Below are positions 50,340 to 62,506 of a stretch of DNA of 64,000 bases, one piece after another. How positions within the stretch are numbered: the stretch's first letter is position 1; every line of letters begins with the position of its first letter. Source of the DNA: Dimorphilus gyrociliatus (Eukaryota; Animalia; Annelida). The stretch spans positions 4,232,408 through 4,296,407 of the forward strand of contig CAJFCJ010000006.1 in NCBI GenBank assembly GCA_904063045.1. Direction: 5' to 3'. A program made the translations under genes and the position numbers. The notes beneath the pieces are model-generated. The model did no database searches. It had not been told where the DNA came from and saw only the letters and a list, made by a program, of their open reading frames with translations.

Positions 50340-52916
50340 ATGCCGAGACGCGCTGCCGCAAAAACCACTGTTAAACCTTCAAAAGCTGTAAAAAAAGTAA
50401 AGGGTAAAGCTTTAGTAGATGAGGTTGAACTGTCCAAGGAACAAGAGAATGGTGTAACAGAGAATGTCGACGCTTCGGGAGAAGGTTCCCAAGAAGAAAT
50501 GGACGAGAATGTTGTTACAAGAATACAATTGGAAGTAAATGGAAAGGATGAGCCCATCAAACGCAAAGCAGATGAGAATGATGAAGATGCCACAGAAGAA
50601 CCCCCAACAAGCCCAGTGAAAAGATCTAAAAGAACAATCAAGAAGATAGTTGATAAAGACGAAGATTCCATGTCCGAAAATACCGATAAAATTGAAGAAG
50701 GTGAGGAAAATCAAAAAACACCTCCTCCAAAGGGAAAAAAAGGAAGACAACCTAAAAAAGCACAGAAAAATGAAGAGAACGGTACTAAAGCAGTAAAGCC
50801 AAAAAAGGGCCAAACCACGAAAAGAACTTTTGAAAAGACCGAAGGTGACACTGCCGACTCAGATAACAACGAAAAAGAAGACATCGATGACGAAGTACTT
50901 GAAGCTAAGCCTAAAAGAGGTCGTCCTGCTAGAAAAGGCGCAAAATCATCAGAACAAAATGGGGTAAACGAAGAGACTCAAGCTAAAAGAGGTCGAGGTA
51001 AGGCTAATAAACAGGCACCTAAGAAAGGAAATAAAGTAGAAGAAAATGATGTTCCAGAACAGAACGGTCAAACTGACGAAAAAGAAGATGAAATAAAAAA
51101 ACCAAGAGGTCGTGGAAAAAAAGCTGAAGTAAATGAAGAACCACAGTCTAAACCCAAGGCAAGAAGAGGCAGGCAAGCCAAACCCGACCCAAACAATGAG
51201 AAAAGTGGTGATAATGAATCTGAAATCGCCGAAGAGCCCAAACCAAAGCCAAAAGGTAGGCGAGGAAGACAAAAAGCTCGTGAACCTGAGGAAGAAGTTG
51301 AGGAAACTGGTGACCATGAGTTGGAAACAATTGAAGAAGTGAAAGCTAAGCCCAAAGGTAGACGGGGAAGAGCGAAAGCCCGTGAATCATCTGAAGATCG
51401 CGAAGAAAATGAAGATTTAGGGACAGCAATGGTTGAAGAGGAAGTAAAAGTCAAACCAAAAGGTAAACGAGGAAGAGCAAAAGCCCCTGAACCTTCCGAG
51501 GAACCCGAAGAAAATAATGAGTTGGCGACAGATGTGGCTGAAGAAGCCAAAGCCAAACCAAAAGGTAAACGAGGAAGGGCAAAAGCCCCCGAACCATCTG
51601 AAGAAAATGATGAATTAGCAGCAGAAATGGCTGAGGAAGAAAGCAAAGTCAAACCAAAAGGTAAAAGAGGAAAAGCAAAAGCTCCTGAACCAGTTGAAGA
51701 ACCAGAAGAAAACGATGAGTTATCACCAGAAATAGCTGAGGAAGAAATTAAAGCCAAACCAAAAGGTAAAAGAGGAAAAGCAAAAGCTCCTGAACCTGAG
51801 GAAGAAACTGAAGAAAATGACAAGGAATCAGAAGCTGGAGAGGAAGAAGTGAAAGTCAAACCTAAAAGCAAGAGAGGTAGACCAAAAGCACGCGAGCTTC
51901 AGGAAGAACCTGAGGAGAATGGTGAACATGAATCAGAAACTGTTGAAGAAGAAGCGAAGCCGATAGAAAAAGAAGAATCAGAAACTAGTGAAGCTGTTTC
52001 TCACAATGAAAAATTAGATGATCAAAATGAAAAACAAGAAGATTCAAAAAAGGCAGCCAAAGGAGAGAAAAGATCTCGTAAACCAAAAAAAGAGGAACCA
52101 GAGCAGAATGGTAATGACAAGCCTAAAGTTCAGAGGAAGAGAGCACCAAAGCTTCTAAGTGACGACGTAGAATACACTAGAAAAAACGATTACGATATCA
52201 TCAAATACCTCACGGAAGAAACCTGGAAGGAAGCTTTAGATTCAGAGATGAAAAGGAACTACTTTCTATGCCTGCAAGACCAATTGGGAGAAATCAAAGA
52301 CTCAAAGTTCTTCCCCCCTGAGGAATTGGTATTCAACGCTTTTAAGTAAATTTTTAAATTAATATTTGGTGTTTTACTTATTGAATTTTCCAACAGCCTC
52401 ACCCCCTTAGATAAAGTTAAGCTAGTAATTTTGGGTCAAGATCCATATCACGATGATGGACAAGCTCACGGTTTGGCTTTTTCAGTACCCGAGGGAGTAG
52501 ACATTCCAAAATCGTTGAAAAACATCTATAAAGAACTCTCATCAGACATTGATGGTTTTGAAGCACCAAATTCTGGTTGCTTGACGAAATGGGCCGAACA
52601 AGGCATTTTTCTACTTAATACAGTCTTGACTGTCCTCCCACACGAAGCTAACTCTCACGCTCAAATTGGTTGGCAGGCTTTCACTGAACTTGTGATAAAG
52701 TTGATCAGTGATAAGTGCACCAACGTGGTGTTTGTGTTATGGGGAAAACAAGCTCACTTGAAAGGCGAACAGATTGATGAGGAAAAGCATTTGGTCTTGA
52801 AAGGGGCCCACCCTTCACCATTAAGCGTTACTAAGTTCATGGGCTGTAAACACTTTTCGAAAGCAAACGAATATTTGAAGGCCAATGGTAAAGAGCCAAT
52901 CGATTGGAAATTATGA
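50340..52916 (+). CDS. UNG: Family 1 uracil-DNA glycosylase with ~620-aa low-complexity N-terminal extension, two coding exons
   Basis: Catalytic GQDPYH and HPSPLS motifs intact, [17 protein letters not shown]. The catalytic-domain N-part ([10 protein letters not shown]...[11 protein letters not shown]) is at the end of the 669-aa ORF; intron 52348-52396. Confidence 0.95.
51150..51920 (+). repeat. Coding tandem repeat, about 8 units of ~33 aa (~100 nt), consensus [30 protein letters not shown]
   Basis: Read directly in the UNG N-terminal ORF: successive KPK(G/A/S)(K/R)RG(R/K) cores separated by acidic spacers. Confidence 0.9.
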
Positions 52917-54154
52917 ACTATCAACAGCAATTTATAAAGGGCTTCATTTTACACGAGATTTTAGTACGATGGAAAAATCATTTTGTTTTACATGTTCGTG
53001 TATTTTACATTGTCTTTATATAAGCACCGATATACACTAAACCTTTTTAGACATAATTCTCGTCTTGTTAACAGTTTAAATAAGCGACAAAATACTCTAA
53101 GAAAATATAATTCCCAATAGAATTATTTTCGCAGAAAAATCAAAAAAAAAAATGAAAATTAAATATTCCAAAATGAAAAAATGACAAAATCATTTTCCTT
53201 ACAATTTTTCCCTGATATAATCTAAAGGCCTTTCTCTTTGACGTAGAAACAATAATGTCATAAGCATATTCTTCTTTTAAGAAAAAGAATTAAAAGCCTA
53301 CCTCGAAGCTAGTATAAGCTATTTAATGAAGCATTTTAATTAATATTTAGAGTGCAGCACCATCGCCGTGGAATCGTCTACATTATCAGCACGACGCCGA
53401 ACGTTAACAGAGCTAGGTAAAATTTTTCTCTTCGTCTCTCTTACATAAAAAAAGAGGAAAAGAAATAAAGATGCTAATAATAAACGAACAGAAAAGCATT
53501 ATTCTTTCTTTCCTCTTTTCTTATCTAAATTTAATTTAATTTCTATATTAATTCCTTTTTCCTGTTTTTTTTCGTATTTCAATTAAATAAGCTTGATAGA
53601 AAAAAAACGTGAAAATTTAAATCATGGCAAGATTTGTCGTAAATTATAGGACAACTACAGGAATTATCATTTTTCCTATTTCTATACTATAAAGATATAA
53701 TAAATGAATGAAAAATGATCTTGAAAGGAAGTAGAGCTCAATAAAATTTAGCTATCAATTCTCTCTTTCATTAAAGCAATTTTAATATAGCTCTAAACTC
53801 TGAATAACACAGATATTGTAATTATATTCTCATTATAAGTAATACTTTGTGAAGTCTTTGTATTTGGAAAATAGCCCTACAACTGGTGTTTTTTTGGAAC
53901 GAGCTTTAGTTTTTGGTAATCAAAAAAAAAATCACCGTTCTTTAATTAACGTTCGTCATTCTGACTGGCTCTCGGCAGAAAGGTGATCTGATTGCTGATC
54001 TTATCATACCCAGCAGTCGGGTTTTCTTTCTTACCAGGCGTTTGTTATAATCGACGACTGAATTGCTGCTAACAAATGCATATGCTTTAATAATGACAAT
54101 GCTGTATTTTGTTCTTTCTACACAAGAAAATAATATATTTTAAATATACCATAC

Positions 54155-54192
<38 letters not shown>

Positions 54193-54735
54193 TGTATATA
54201 TATCTACATATCGTTGTATTCCAATGTCTTTTATTTATTTATTTATTCATTAATAAATCGAATTACTTATCTGTTTTCTTCTTGCATGCGTTATATAATT
54301 GGGGGGCAATTGAAGGAAAGTTACTTTCGGAATTGAGGAATGAGAGATAATTTCTGTAAATAGCGCGATATAAAAAGACATACTGTTCTTCTTTTAGACG
54401 CCTAGAGTGTTCTTTGTGGGAAAAGTACGCACAGCTCCGTACGGAACTTATTCATTAAGTTGCAATGTTGCTGGCGATACACCAGAAGTAAGTACAAAAC
54501 CTTACTTTCGCTTCAACAAGTCGACTTACGTATCTGCATAGATCATTAGGAGAGTTTCTAATTATCTCAGGCATTAATTGAAATAATAATTTTCTTTTTT
54601 AGATCATTTTTGCCAAAACCTTTTCGTTAAATTACGGCATTTTTACTTTCATAGAATAAATAACATTTTCAAGTATATCACTTAATTTTATTTGACGAAT
54701 GACGAAGCAAAAGCTGATATATAATAAAAAATATG

Positions 54736-57465
54736 TTAGATCAAAGAAAGTTTCTTTGTGTATTCTTCCAAAAATTTTGCTTCTTCCTCTAAAGTTAAAT
54801 CTAGATAGTCTTCTGCATCCCTAGATATATCTGGGAGGAGATCTTCGTATATTCTTTTTTTCATTTCTTTATTCTCTGTTGCAGGCGAAAAACAAATTTT
54901 ACTAATATATTTTTATTGAAAGAACACTATCGCCACCTGTACCGATGTCTAATTTTACATATCGTACGTACGCATTGTCTATATAATTGTCAGTAGCATG
55001 CGGCATTATATATTCTAAGTACATTGTATATAATATTCTGTGGACAAATTGTTTTCCTACCGTCTTTTTCCGCTTGTTTGCTCGTTGATGCCTCATGCTT
55101 ACAGGCGAAATGTCCAAGTCCTTTCTCCATAATGCCTTCAACAGCTTTTTCAATACTTCCACCGACCCCAGTCAGAATGCTTTTGGCTAATTTTTCGTCA
55201 ATTTCTCCAAGAATGTTTGTTAACTGCAGCGGAGAAAATAATAATATTTTGTAAAAACTTTGGACAAGTTTTTATTTATTATAAAAAGAAAAGAAACCTG
55301 CTCGATCATTTGAGTGCTAATACAATCTTCAGTAAATTCAGGATCGGGGACAAAATATAATTCGTTTCGTTTTTCTTGAAGTATCTGTAGAAAGATGCTC
55401 AAGGTTATTCTTTCTAAAGAGTAGCATTATCCTTGATAATAATACCTGAATAGCTTTATCAAAATTATTATTTGTTATTCTCAATGCCTCTTTGGCAGCT
55501 CCATTCGGTATACCGATTCCCTTCAATTGTTTATATAATGTCGCGTTGATCCTAATAGAAAATAAAAAGGTCAGTGAAAAAATTTGCCGTTGCAATACGA
55601 CTTCTCAACTAACTGAATATCATTTACAGTTTTACCCAACAGTTTTTCTAATTTTCTCTCCTCGTCCTCTTTATCTGCTTCAATTTGTCTCATTCTTTTT
55701 TTCTCTCTTTTCTGCATGATCTTCTCTACAGCTATATTCATATTCCCTTCGGCGTCTCTTAAGCACAAACGCGCCTCTCTTTCCGTGAAACCCATAGACA
55801 TGACTAATCAATAAAATGATGCATGTTATATATATACAGTATATATATCACGTGCAATTTTCACTTTACAAATTATACAATCAAGCATGCTTTCTCAATC
55901 AATTTCTTACATAATCTTTAATGAAAAATAATATAGATATTTCATAATACCTTCTGTTAGCTTTGAGTCCTCTACGTGCAGTTTGGACCATTCATTCTGA
56001 GCCTAAATTTAACAAGTGAGGTCTTATTAATGGTTATAAAATAACTTTCTCTGCTCCAAGATAAAATCAATCATACGGTAATTTTGTACCTGAGATAACT
56101 TGCACTTTGATTCATCGTAAAATCCTTGATGAAAAGCAAGAATACCTTGCATTAAATGCAATCTCATATAAAGAGCCTTTTCGTTTCCTGTTGATCCCTG
56201 AGGGTAAGACAAAGAATATAGCTTTTTTAGCACCATATCTCAATTTTAAATATTACTTTGAGTAATGATAATCTTTCCAAATTTGGACCGTAGCTCTTTC
56301 TAAAACATAATTCACACTTTTCTAAACGTTGTTTAGCATCTGGAAGGTCTTTAATACTTTTCAAGCACAAATAACACCATACGATATCCAAACAAAGATT
56401 TGCATAGTTATCAGCAACTTGAAGTAATTCGCTTCTACATTTTCTAATTGTTTTTATTTATTAATGATAAAATGTAAAATTGAATTATTAAATTTAATAC
56501 TTAAATTCAGCATCAGATTCAAGAAGTAACATAAGACTATGGGAATATTCCTTCCGCTTTAGTACAGTCCTCCCTTTTTCTTGCAAACTCATAGCTAATA
56601 TTAGACTCTGAAATAAAAAAATATTTATTAATTTCGAACTTCCTTGAGGTTCTTTTATTCTCTTTTCTCCGTGGGTAAAGAAAGAGTATTTACCCTCTTT
56701 TCATCTTCAGGTAATTTTAAACGTTTTCCGTTCTGATCAGTAATATCTAAGTTTGCATTTGCAGCTTCATGATCTGCTAGAAACTCTGCAGTAGCCCTAG
56801 TCATCTGTACATCCTTTTGTAGAGCAAAACTCTTTTCAGCTTCACTGACAGATTGGGGAACAATAAGCACCATTATCTGACTGAAATTCTGTAAAAGTTC
56901 AAAAGTGTTGCCTATTAAAAATATTAAAAATATTGAATAGATTTGTAGAATAACCTGCACTCCTTGGTTACGTAAGCTAAGGTCATTTTCTATCAATCTT
57001 CCACTACATATCATTTTTAAGCAATAAATATCTTTTCCCAATTTTGATGCTATTTTTTGCTTCAAGTCGATTGCATGATTATTTAAATTAATTTCGTATT
57101 GCTCAGTTTTTACTATATTAGCTTCGTCAGTAATCTTAATGTCAAGACAAGCAACACCCGTTTCCTGGAACTTTTTTCTGGCGATGAATTTTTTGTAAGA
57201 GTGTTGTCTTAAATTCTCCAAGCATTCTATCAGAATTTCTGTTTTTAAATTTGTCTCTGCTGCGTATTTCGAACACAATTCCTGTTGAATATTACTTTTA
57301 GAGATATTCATTTATATGTACAAAAAAAGCAATTAACAAGAATTCTCAACAATCTACCTCGGGCAATATTCCAAGCTCACCATCGTTTAGAGTATAAGGC
57401 TCCTCCCAGAGCTTAATTTTATCTCTATTTAACAATTTCTTCAAAATTTCTTGGTTAACATCCAT
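54736..57465 (-). CDS. NUB1: NEDD8 ultimate buster 1, multi-exon
   Basis: N-term NRDKIKLWEEPYT, UBL region (LKMICSGRLI), YANLCLDIVWCYLCL, YGPN, LYMRLHLMQGILAFHQG, UBA domains (SMGFTEREARLCLR), C-term YEDLLPDISRDAEDYLDLTLEEEAKFLEEY. Confidence 0.9.
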
Positions 57466-57810
57466 CTTGCAATATCCAGTAAAATGACAAGACAGAATTT
57501 ATTCTGTATTGCGTAACTACACTTTGAACGAATGAAATGGTTTAGTCGAAAGTTGGAATTTCTACTATATGGAACGGAGAACCATATTTTCTGCCAGCAG
57601 CTATTTCACATGCTCTTTCGAACATTTGCAATAAAAAAAATGGTCGAAGTTTTGATAACACTTTTTTAGCCTATAAATTCTGTCTTGTGAAAGGAACACT
57701 CTGTTGCTTTAAATGAATAACTTCCATAGAAATATACAAAGTTATACGTGAGATCTTTCACGAAAGAGTACTCTCAAGTTTATTTGAACTATCTTCAATC
57801 TATCACTTTA

Positions 57811-58049
57811 GTTGCCATGAAGATAATCCAATCAAATAATTACATTACAAATAATTAGCATTTTACGGCTTCTGTCGAAAAATAACAGCGAATTCATCAA
57901 CATGGCTAATCGAATTGTCTCTTTTTTATTTGAATTATTCATTTTTTCATATTTTTTTATGTATAGAAATTCGCGCGCAAAAAAAGCAAACAAAACATGG
58001 AAAATAAAGTGCGGTACCACGAAATAACATAGCAACCGTTGCTAAGCAG
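57811..58049. promoter_or_regulatory. X-box-like (RFX) motifs in the NUB1/TEKT1 divergent promoter
   Basis: GTTGCCATGAAGAT at 57811-57824; CATAGCAAC at 58028-58036 and GTTGCTAAGCAG at 58038-58049, just upstream of the tektin ATG. These are imperfect matches. Confidence 0.4.
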
Positions 58050-58156
58050 AAAACACTTTGAAAGAGCTGACCACTTTCAAAGGTTTCAGTTTAAGAAATA
58101 CCATTATATCTTCTTAAATAAGATTTTAAAGGAACTCAAGCCCTCCAGAAGATAAT

Positions 58157-59644
58157 ATGGCTCGACTTGTAGCCCCTCCAACTAAATTTGCGCATCCAGA
58201 ATGGGTTATTTCTAACCAAACCCAATATGCCAACGCCGAAGCTGAAAGGGCGGCAGCGGAACGTTTGTTTGATGAGAGTGGACGGTTAATAGAGGAAACT
58301 GACTCGAGAGCAAAAAGAACCCAAGCCGATGTTAACAAGAAATTAGGTTTGTAGAATTTAATCTATAGCTTTTTATAAGATTTTGACAGCTCTAAATCAA
58401 AATTGTTTGAATTTTTAAATTTACTTTTCCATTATCTATTCACAGATCAAAGAGTAAACGATGTTGAGTATTGGAACAAAGAGGTTGATGATAAGATGGA
58501 TGAGATGAAGAAAGAAACCGAGGCACTAGACGCATTCTTGGCCAGGATTGATAATGCCATCTTGGGTTGTAAGGAACCTTTACACATTGCTGAAGCTTGC
58601 TTAGCCAAGAGAAGAGCTAGACAGAATATCGAATTAGTTCATGATGATGCAGAAAAGCATCAAATTAAAGAAATGGAAGTTCTTCATGGCGTTATGGAAT
58701 TATTAACCAGATTGAAAGAGCAAACTGTAGAACAACTAAGGTTAGTAAGAAAACCAAAGAAATTCATCTATCTATAATATTCTTTTAAAACTAAATAAGA
58801 GATTTTCATTATGTTTATATTATTGGTGAAACATGAATATTATATTTGCAAATCAGATTGAACCGAAAGGCTGAGAGGCAATTGGAAAGGGATTTGGCTG
58901 ATAAATTTCAAGCTTTGTCGATTGATAAACATAATCGACAATTAACTGACCACTCTTCTGAAATTCGTTTCAAGAATGGAGCCGCAAGGATTGAAGGACA
59001 GTTAGTAATTTTTGAAAATGTTAATCAGTAGATTTTATTAACACATGCTAAAATAATTCTACAGTACAACTGATCCTGAACAATGGCAAAGCTTCTCCAG
59101 GGATAATATCGAATTCACTGAAAAGCAAAGACAAAATTCAGCGCAGCTTCGTTCTCAAATAGACAACTATCTTCAGGCTGTCGCTAATGATTTAGAGAAT
59201 CAGACAAGGGATACCAATCAAGCTTATGAAGATCGTATTGCTGAGGTTCGACAGGCCAAAGAAAAATTGGAGGAGCATTTAAACAAAGTTTTCGGTCAAA
59301 TTCGCGAAATGGAGGATAACAAAAGGAGATTGGAAAAAGCAATCTACGAAAAGGAAAATCCTCTAAAATTAGCCGAAACAAGATTGGACTACAGAACAGA
59401 ACGACCAAATGTGGAAAATTGTAGAGATAGCGCCCAATACAGATTGGTTGAAGAGGTTGGAGAATTGCACGCCAGTTTGGCTAGTTTACACGATAGACGA
59501 GCCAAAACTATAGACAGTTTGAAAGCTCTAAAGAGAAGGAAACTGGATTTGGAAGAAGACATTCAACTCAAAGGCGAAGCTTTGTGCCTAGATGAATCGG
59601 AATGTATGGCTATGAGAAAGAGCATTCATTATCGGGCTTATTAG
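58157..59644 (+). CDS. TEKT1: Tektin-1, multi-exon
   Basis: MARLVAPPTKFAHPEWVISNQTQY...DVNKKL.QRVNDVEYW matches the TEKT1 N-terminus; DLADKFQALSID; tektin nonapeptide RPNVENCRD. Confidence 0.9.
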
Positions 59645-60209
59645 TCAATTAAGTAAAAGAAAGAGAACATTTAATACATCATAAATCGCTAATGTTTTTG
59701 GATATTTTAAAATAATTACACGTTTTCATCACTGTGTAGAAGAAATAAATACAAAAAAAGCATAAAATCTCTCATCTATTGTTTCGCTAGCAATCATTTC
59801 GTACAAAAATAAGTATTAATCTCATTAGGCAAAATACGCTTGTGTTAACTTGCTAGCTAATTAATTAATTAGGAATAAAACATAAAATTCCTAGATTATA
59901 AGAGGGATAAGCGCAATACATTACGAAAAGTGTAGATGCAATTACTCTATTTCCTTAAATGGAAATTATCTTCAGTTATATCCTTAGTGTTAATGCTTTG
60001 TATCCTCTATACAGTTATGTTAATTACATATTATCACACCGAAGCTCATTATGTCAATATCCTATATTTCAAAAATATCCTCTATTACGGTAATTAACTC
60101 CCAGGATATATTTGCGGGTAAGATTTCCTAGAGCCCAATTGGTATTTCTGATATAAACAACTCACAGTTTATTCTGCTTATGTATTGATAAAAAGAAGAT
60201 CTTAAAATT

Positions 60210-61954
60210 TTATTCTTCACAATAAAAAGGTAATTTATTTATTTCTAAAGAATTTTTTACTCCTATAAAGCGGTAATTTTTAACCTCAGCTTCTTTCCTT
60301 CTAATTAACTGCCACTGTCCATTTTCTCTCTTTACAGCTACATTATGCCACTGAAATATTAAAGACTTTTTAATTAAAGGTATTCATATTTTTACTATGA
60401 ATTGTAAAGTTACAGGTGTTGCTGTATCTCCATCACCAAGTAGATTAATTCCAACTTTCTTAATTGAATCGTGTGAATGGATAGACAAGCGAATATGCGT
60501 TGGGAATAAATCTTCCATAAAATCACTATACACTTGATTTCTTTGCATCTGGGAATGAGAAAGAGGGAAATATATTTTATATGTTAGAAGGATCATTTAT
60601 TTATTATTTTTTATACCATTTTATAAGTGATACAATCGCATTCCTTATCGTCTGACTCATTAGATGCAAATTTCTTTTCTTCTTTCACAAATTGTTTAAA
60701 AGTTTCAAATACAACTTTTAAGTTTCCATTCTCCTTTGACAAAATAGAAAAGCAAAATATTACTCTGCTGATTTTCATGATTAATTATTTACAGATATAT
60801 TTTTCTTTGTCTCTTCTAAACTAGGTTTATAAACTAGATCAAGGAATTCTCTTTTAGCATCACTATTATAAATTTCATTAGGTAAGAAATCGTCTAATCC
60901 AACCCATGATATATTCTATTAAAAAAGAGAAAAAAGGATTTGTAGAATAACGAGTATTTTTGCAATAGTTACATTACTGGGAAGAAGATTAACAACAGCA
61001 TGTCTATACTGAAAAATAATAGAATCTTCAACATTTAAAAGCCGGCAATAGATTCTACCATCACTGCAAATAACGAATCTAACACCAGGAGGGTATATTT
61101 CCTTCACGCTTTCACACCTATAAAAGAATATTCACTAATCTAAGATCATGTATACTAAGTTTAAATTACCAGTCTTCTAGTCTTTTAAGGCAAACGTATT
61201 CTCCCATGTCAGGTAAATGGCCTATAACCTTTTCGTCGCTAGTCGATTTAAAAGGGAAACCAAGTAAAACAAAAGGTATTGGTAAGTTTCTTTTTGCGTA
61301 GGTTGAAACTTTAATTTTAAAGTTGCTTCTTGCCTCTTGACTAGACCATTTATCAACAGTTGGTCGTTTTCTAATTTCTTCAAACTTTTTAATGAATTTT
61401 TCTATTAAATCTTCATCAATATTGTCAACTTGAACAATTTTCGAACTTTTTATACTCTTCCATTTAAAATGATTAATAATTAATTGATTAATAAGAGTTT
61501 GAAAGCCTTTAATTATTTCAATTTCTGTATTATCGCCTATTTGAAGAATTCCAATTGTTCTATTTTGATATTCGATAGGATAGTCTAAAAAAAGTAATCG
61601 AAATTTTTAATTTTTTTAATCTCCTCTAAAAAATCAAGGTTAGAAAACTTAACCGTAAAATGTAAACTCATCATGTTTCCTGTGTTGTACATCAATTAAT
61701 TCTCTGATATCATTGCAGCAATCTGAAATTTACTTAATATTATTTTTTAAACTAGCTATACAAAATGTTTTCATTAACCATTTTCAGGTACAAGTTGAAC
61801 AAAGCAGTTTAGTCTTTTACTTAGTCTTTTTAATAGCTTTTCAATGGTTTCGTTAATATTTACACTTAGATAACTAAAGAGAAAAAATTTTCTATTAATA
61901 TTCATTTTTGTATTCTAATGGAAAAAGAATTTACCTTTCTATAGTATAAGACAT
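60210..61954 (-). CDS. Isocyanide (isonitrile) synthase, PvcA/IsnA/Dit1 family (PF05141-like), 9 exons, 419 aa
   Basis: Exons (minus): 61954-61935, 61873-61779, 61722-61654, 61584-61170, 61117-60973, 60915-60793, 60733-60617, 60548-60414, 60350-60210; total 1260 nt, open throughout. Motifs PIPFVLLGFPFKSTSDEKVIGHLPDMGE, IYPPGVRFVICSDGRIY, RNQVYSDFMEDLFPTHIRLSIH, KVGINLL, ATP|WHNVAV. Confidence 0.9.
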
Positions 61955-62506
61955 ATTTGCGATATGTTTTTAGCAATTATCTTGCGATTTTTTTCAAGAC
62001 AATAGTTTACTGTATGATAAGTTGTGAACGTGTGTGTCTGTGTTTATATACTTATGAAAGAACTGATAATGAAGGTGATCTAAAAGTTCTAAAATTTGAG
62101 TTTTAGGCCTACACAGGCACTTTTACTGGAAAAGTGGCATTTTGCCTGGTTTTTTCCCCCTCTTTTATGCTCGGTAGTAATAAAACTCAATTACCACTAC
62201 TAATAACATATGCTTTTTAATCAATAAACCGATAGTATGTATGTAAACATACCATAAAGATTAAATTTTACTTTTACGGAACAGGAAATGGAATTGTACA
62301 TTTGTTTACCGGTTTATAAAAAAAACCCTACAAAATATTGGCGGGTAATTGTACAGCATAATTTGTGTGCAACTTATCATAAAAATAGTGTTGTTTGACT
62401 TAAAACAAGTATTTTAAGGCTCCATCAGTAAGCTTTTATTCAGATAAAAGATACGTATTGAAATATCTGGATAAAAAAGGGATTAGAATTGATCTCTACT
62501 ACAATA

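Noticed and set aside
50330-51871. Long antisense ORFs (e.g. 51068-51871, 50330-50671, 50412-50813)
   Set aside because: Ser/Phe/Leu-rich shadows of the purine-rich UNG repeat on the opposite strand; the same applies to 45327-45611, 45859-46152 and 47005-47343.
51150-51920. Regularly spaced ~100-nt repeats as a possible CRISPR-like array
   Set aside because: Units are degenerate, in frame, conserved at the protein level and lack unique spacers; the host is a eukaryote.
59401-59428. Tektin nonapeptide RPNVENCRD instead of RPNVELCRD
   Set aside because: A single substitution in an otherwise ordinary TEKT1; too minor to call.
60210-61954. Bacterial or fungal contamination as the source of the isocyanide synthase
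   Set aside because: Eight short GT-AG introns and AT content match the neighbours, and the gene is contiguous with TEKT1 and TIMELESS.
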